Of a DNA stretch of 64,000 nt, positions 60,470 through 64,000 are shown in pieces; positions within the stretch are counted from its first letter, which is position 1; every line of letters starts with the position of its first letter. The notes under the pieces are model-generated. The model was not told where the DNA came from, did no database searches, and worked only from the letters and a program-made list of their open reading frames with translations. Source of the stretch: Hypanus sabinus (taxonomy: Eukaryota); NCBI RefSeq assembly GCF_030144855.1, contig NC_082715.1, positions 117,614,001-117,678,000 on the forward strand, read 5' to 3'. The translations under genes and the position numbers were made by a program.

Positions 60470-63400
60470 ATTTATTTTTTATTGAAGTTCATCTTCAAAC
60501 AAACATTTCCATAAATTGTATTTCAGACATTGTACACATATATCATATAATCATATATGTCACAATTCTCCACATAGTATTTATCTGAGGTATACACTTA
60601 TAGAAAAGAGTGGAAAGAAAAAACAAAGAAAAGGAAAAAACTATGTACAAGTAGGGAGTGATCTTGTTTTTACAACATATTCATTGATTTGTGAGAATAA
60701 AAGCAGGTCTATGAGGCATTATGTAGTTATAACATTTTTCCCAGTATGAATCAAATTGATCTAGGTTATGATTAACAGATGCTGTTATCTTCTCCATTTT
60801 GTAAATGTCCATTGTCATTTTCATCCATACATTTAAAGTTGGGCTCTCCTGTGATAACCATTTCCCAGGAAGAGTCTTTTTACCAGCCACCAACTGTATA
60901 TTCATTAAATATTTATCTCATTTCAAACATTCTTGCGGTATATATCCAAAATCTATGGTCTTACTCTCTAAGGGCATTTCACATTTAAAGATGTCTTGTA
61001 GGGCATTGTGAATCCCCCTCCAATAGTCTTTGATAACAGGGCAGTCCCAAAAAAAAAATATGATAATGATTTGTATTTTGATTTCCACAATTTCTCCAGC
61101 AAACAGGGAGGTTACTATCTGTGGTGAACTACATATACCTGTCTGGACACGACCCCTGCTGACTGCTCCTGTGGCTCCTCCCACAGACCCCGGTATAAAG
61201 GCGATTGAGGCCTGAGCCTGGCCCTCATTCTCCAGGATGTAGTGTGGTGGTCAACTACTGCTTGTTCTTTCTTCCAGTCAATAAAAGCCGATATCTCGAC
61301 CACGTCTCAGAGGGAGTTATTGATGGTGCATCACTATCATAATGGGATTTCTGAGAGGGTGTAATAAAATATCTTATCAAGTTTTTCCATCCAAACTTCT
61401 TCCATTTCTGTGAACTGGTGCACTTCCATTGATACCTCCATATTATTGTCCACTCTTCCTCAGATATAATTATCCCTCCTTCCTTCTCCCATTTTGTTTT
61501 AATGTATGAAGTCAAATGTGTTTTAAGATTTGACAACCCCTTATACATGCTTGAAATGATTCTACTACCATTATCTGAATTATATGCTTTTCTAAATAGC
61601 TCTATCAAGCATGTACTTGCCTTGGTTACATTTTTAAGCTTCTTGTTAACATATTGTCATGTCTGTAAATACCGATAAAACTCTTGTTTTTCTTATGTTT
61701 CTCCTTAAGCATTTCAATACTGACCAGTGTTCCTTCTTTCATTATGTTGCAAAGAACTGTTATTCCTTTAGCTGTCCAGTCCTTAAACCTAGCATCCAAT
61801 TTATTTGATGTAAAATCCGAGTCATATGCACACCATTTAAGAATTGCAATATCTCCATCTAGATTATATTCTTTTATAGTATTCTTCCATATTTTAAGAG
61901 TCAATTTCATCCATGGGTTATCAATACTATTTATGTACCTTTGCAGGTTGTTATCAGCCAAAATTGCTTGTATGGGGATGGGAAGTACCCGCTCCTCAAT
62001 GTTTTTCCATTGAGTGTCATATGATGGGTTGCACCAACATATCACAGCTCTCAACTGTACTGCAAAATAATAATCTCTAAGAGTAGGTAGGCCCCATCCC
62101 CCCTTTTACTTTGCTAATTGCAAAGTTTTGAGACAAACTCTAGGCCTTTTATCCTGCCAAATATACCTTGATAACATCATGTTCCATTCATTGAATTGAT
62201 TTTGATTAATTTCTTTTGGTCGGGTCTGAAAGAAATATAACAGTCTGGGCAGTATATTTATTTTAATAGACTCAATCCTTGAACTGAGACTGAAAAAAGG
62301 AATCAGGTTCCATCTTGTCATATCTTCCTTAATTTTTTATATAAAGGCTGATAATTACATTCTGATAATTTTGCCAAATCTTTTGGCATAATGATGCCCA
62401 TATATTTGAAAGATTCTGTTTGCCATGCCCAGGGATATCTACCTTCAATTTCTCTTAGTGGCCTGTAGTAATATGAAAGTAATTGGGTTTTATCTATGTT
62501 GATCTTGTATCCTGATAATTGCCCATATTGTTCAAAAGTAGGTAAATTTAGGTAAAGAGTATGTTGGTTGCCTTAGATAGATCAAAATGTCATCCGCGTA
62601 ACAAGCCAATTTATGCTCTGTCCCTTTAATAGTAATTCCCCTGATATCTTCATTTTGTCTGATGCAGTGAGCTAATCGTTCCAGATATAACGTGACAAGT
62701 AGCAGTGACCATGCACAACCCTGTCTCATGCCCCTTTCTAGGGTAAGACTATTTGATAAATATCCATTGATAAATAACCAAATCTATGTAAAACTCTGGA
62801 AAGAAAATTCCAATTAACCGAATCAAATTCCTTTTCAGCATCCATACTTAACACTATTGCTTCGATTTTTTTTGTATATGATCCATAATGTGAAGTGTCC
62901 TTCGTATATTGTCTTGTGTTTGGCGTTGTCATATAAAACCTGTTTGATCGTTACGAATCAGTATGGGTAGAAACTCCTCTCTAACCGTTTGGCCATGATG
63001 GAGGTAAATAATCTATAATCTACATTAAGAACGGATATTGGTCTAAGTGACCTGCATTCCATTTTATCCTTGCCTTCTTTCGGTATAGCTGAGATTATCA
63101 CTTCCTTCCAACTGGGTGGCATTTGTGCCTTTTTTAGAGCCCAGTTCAATGTGGGGAGTAAAACAGGAATTAACTCATTTTTAAATTCTTTGTACCACTC
63201 TGCTGTATACCCATCTGATCCTGGTGACTTGCTTGATTTAAGCCTACTAATTGCAGTTTTTAATTCAACTTCAGTTATGTCAGCAGTCATCATTCTATTT
63301 TATTCTTCGTTTAAAGTGGGTAACTCAAGAGAATTCAAGAAGGAGTCAATTTGGGTTATGCTTCCCCCTGGAACTTCGGAATATAGAGTTTTGTAAAACA

Positions 63401-64000
63401 CTTCAAAGCTTCTTGAATTTCACATAGCTTATTTTTGATCATTTTCGTTCTTGGGTCCTTAATTCTATGAATTGTATTTTCAGCTATCTTTTTTTTTCAG
63501 TTACCACGCCAGTATTTTCACAGATTTTGATCCACTTTCATAATGTCTCTGTTTCAGAAACATTAAATTTTTCCTGATTTTTTGCATAGACAAACTATTA
63601 ATTACATTCCTAATTTTTTAAATTTCCCCTAATGTATCCTTTGCCAAATTCAATTTGTGTTTTTTCTCTAGTTCCTTCAGCCTATTTTGTAATTCCTCTA
63701 ATGTTTTATTCCTTATTTTTTTCTTATATGAAGATATCGCTATAATTTTCCCTTTTAAGACCGCCTTCAGAGTATCCCATAAAATGGGGGGTGAAAACTC
63801 TCCATTATCATTAAATTCTAAGTAGAGACCAATTTCTTTATTAATTTCTTCCTTAAAGTATGGATCATTGAGTAGACTTGAATTTAGTTTCCAAATAGTA
63901 TTCTTAGTTGTAGTTCAAAATCAACAGATAAGTATATAGGTGCATGGTCACTTACATCTATTGTCCCAATTCCACAGGTGTTTATTTTGTCTTTGTGTTT
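60470..64000 (-). mobile_element. L1-clade LINE ORF2 (endonuclease end, RT, C-terminus, A-rich tail); runs past the window edge
   Basis: [37 protein letters not shown] motifs. AATAAA and A-rich tail near 60470-60485. Confidence 0.92.
61120..61333 (+). mobile_element. 214-bp solo LTR inserted in L1
   Basis: TG...CA ends, perfect 5-bp TSD CTATC (61115-61119 / 61334-61338), TATAAA near 61194, AATAAA near 61280. Confidence 0.92.

Noticed and set aside
152-63396. Most of the short ORFs in the supplied track
   Set aside because: They are fragments or antisense frames of CR1, Rex1, L1, Penelope and Gypsy elements, or random ORFs from non-ATG starts.

Overview
Repeat-dense vertebrate genomic DNA. 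The mix of CR1 LINEs, Rex1/Babar LINEs, fish-type L1, Penelope-like elements, HE1-like SINEs and Gypsy LTR elements points to a cartilaginous fish, probably a ray (inference). Reading the minus strand for splice sites shows host sequence that the ORF track mostly misses. (1) Four phase-compatible, stop-free exons (19369 down to 2475) encode an apparently secreted SOUL/heme-binding-family protein; its last exon was not found. (2) An unprocessed xanthine dehydrogenase (XDH) pseudogene retains exons 5, 6 and 29-34, with stops, frameshifts, broken splice sites, no trace of exons 7-28, and a LINE inserted in exon 34. (3) An intronless UQCR11 retrocopy is joined to a CR1 3' end. On the plus strand is a decayed endogenous retrovirus (about 47.7-52.7 kb). 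Its roughly 700-codon env is nearly intact and has a paramyxovirus-F/foamy-like layout, as described for lokiretroviruses. Identifications come from manual translation and recalled reference sequences; no database searches were run. Repeat boundaries are approximate unless a target-site duplication (TSD) is quoted.
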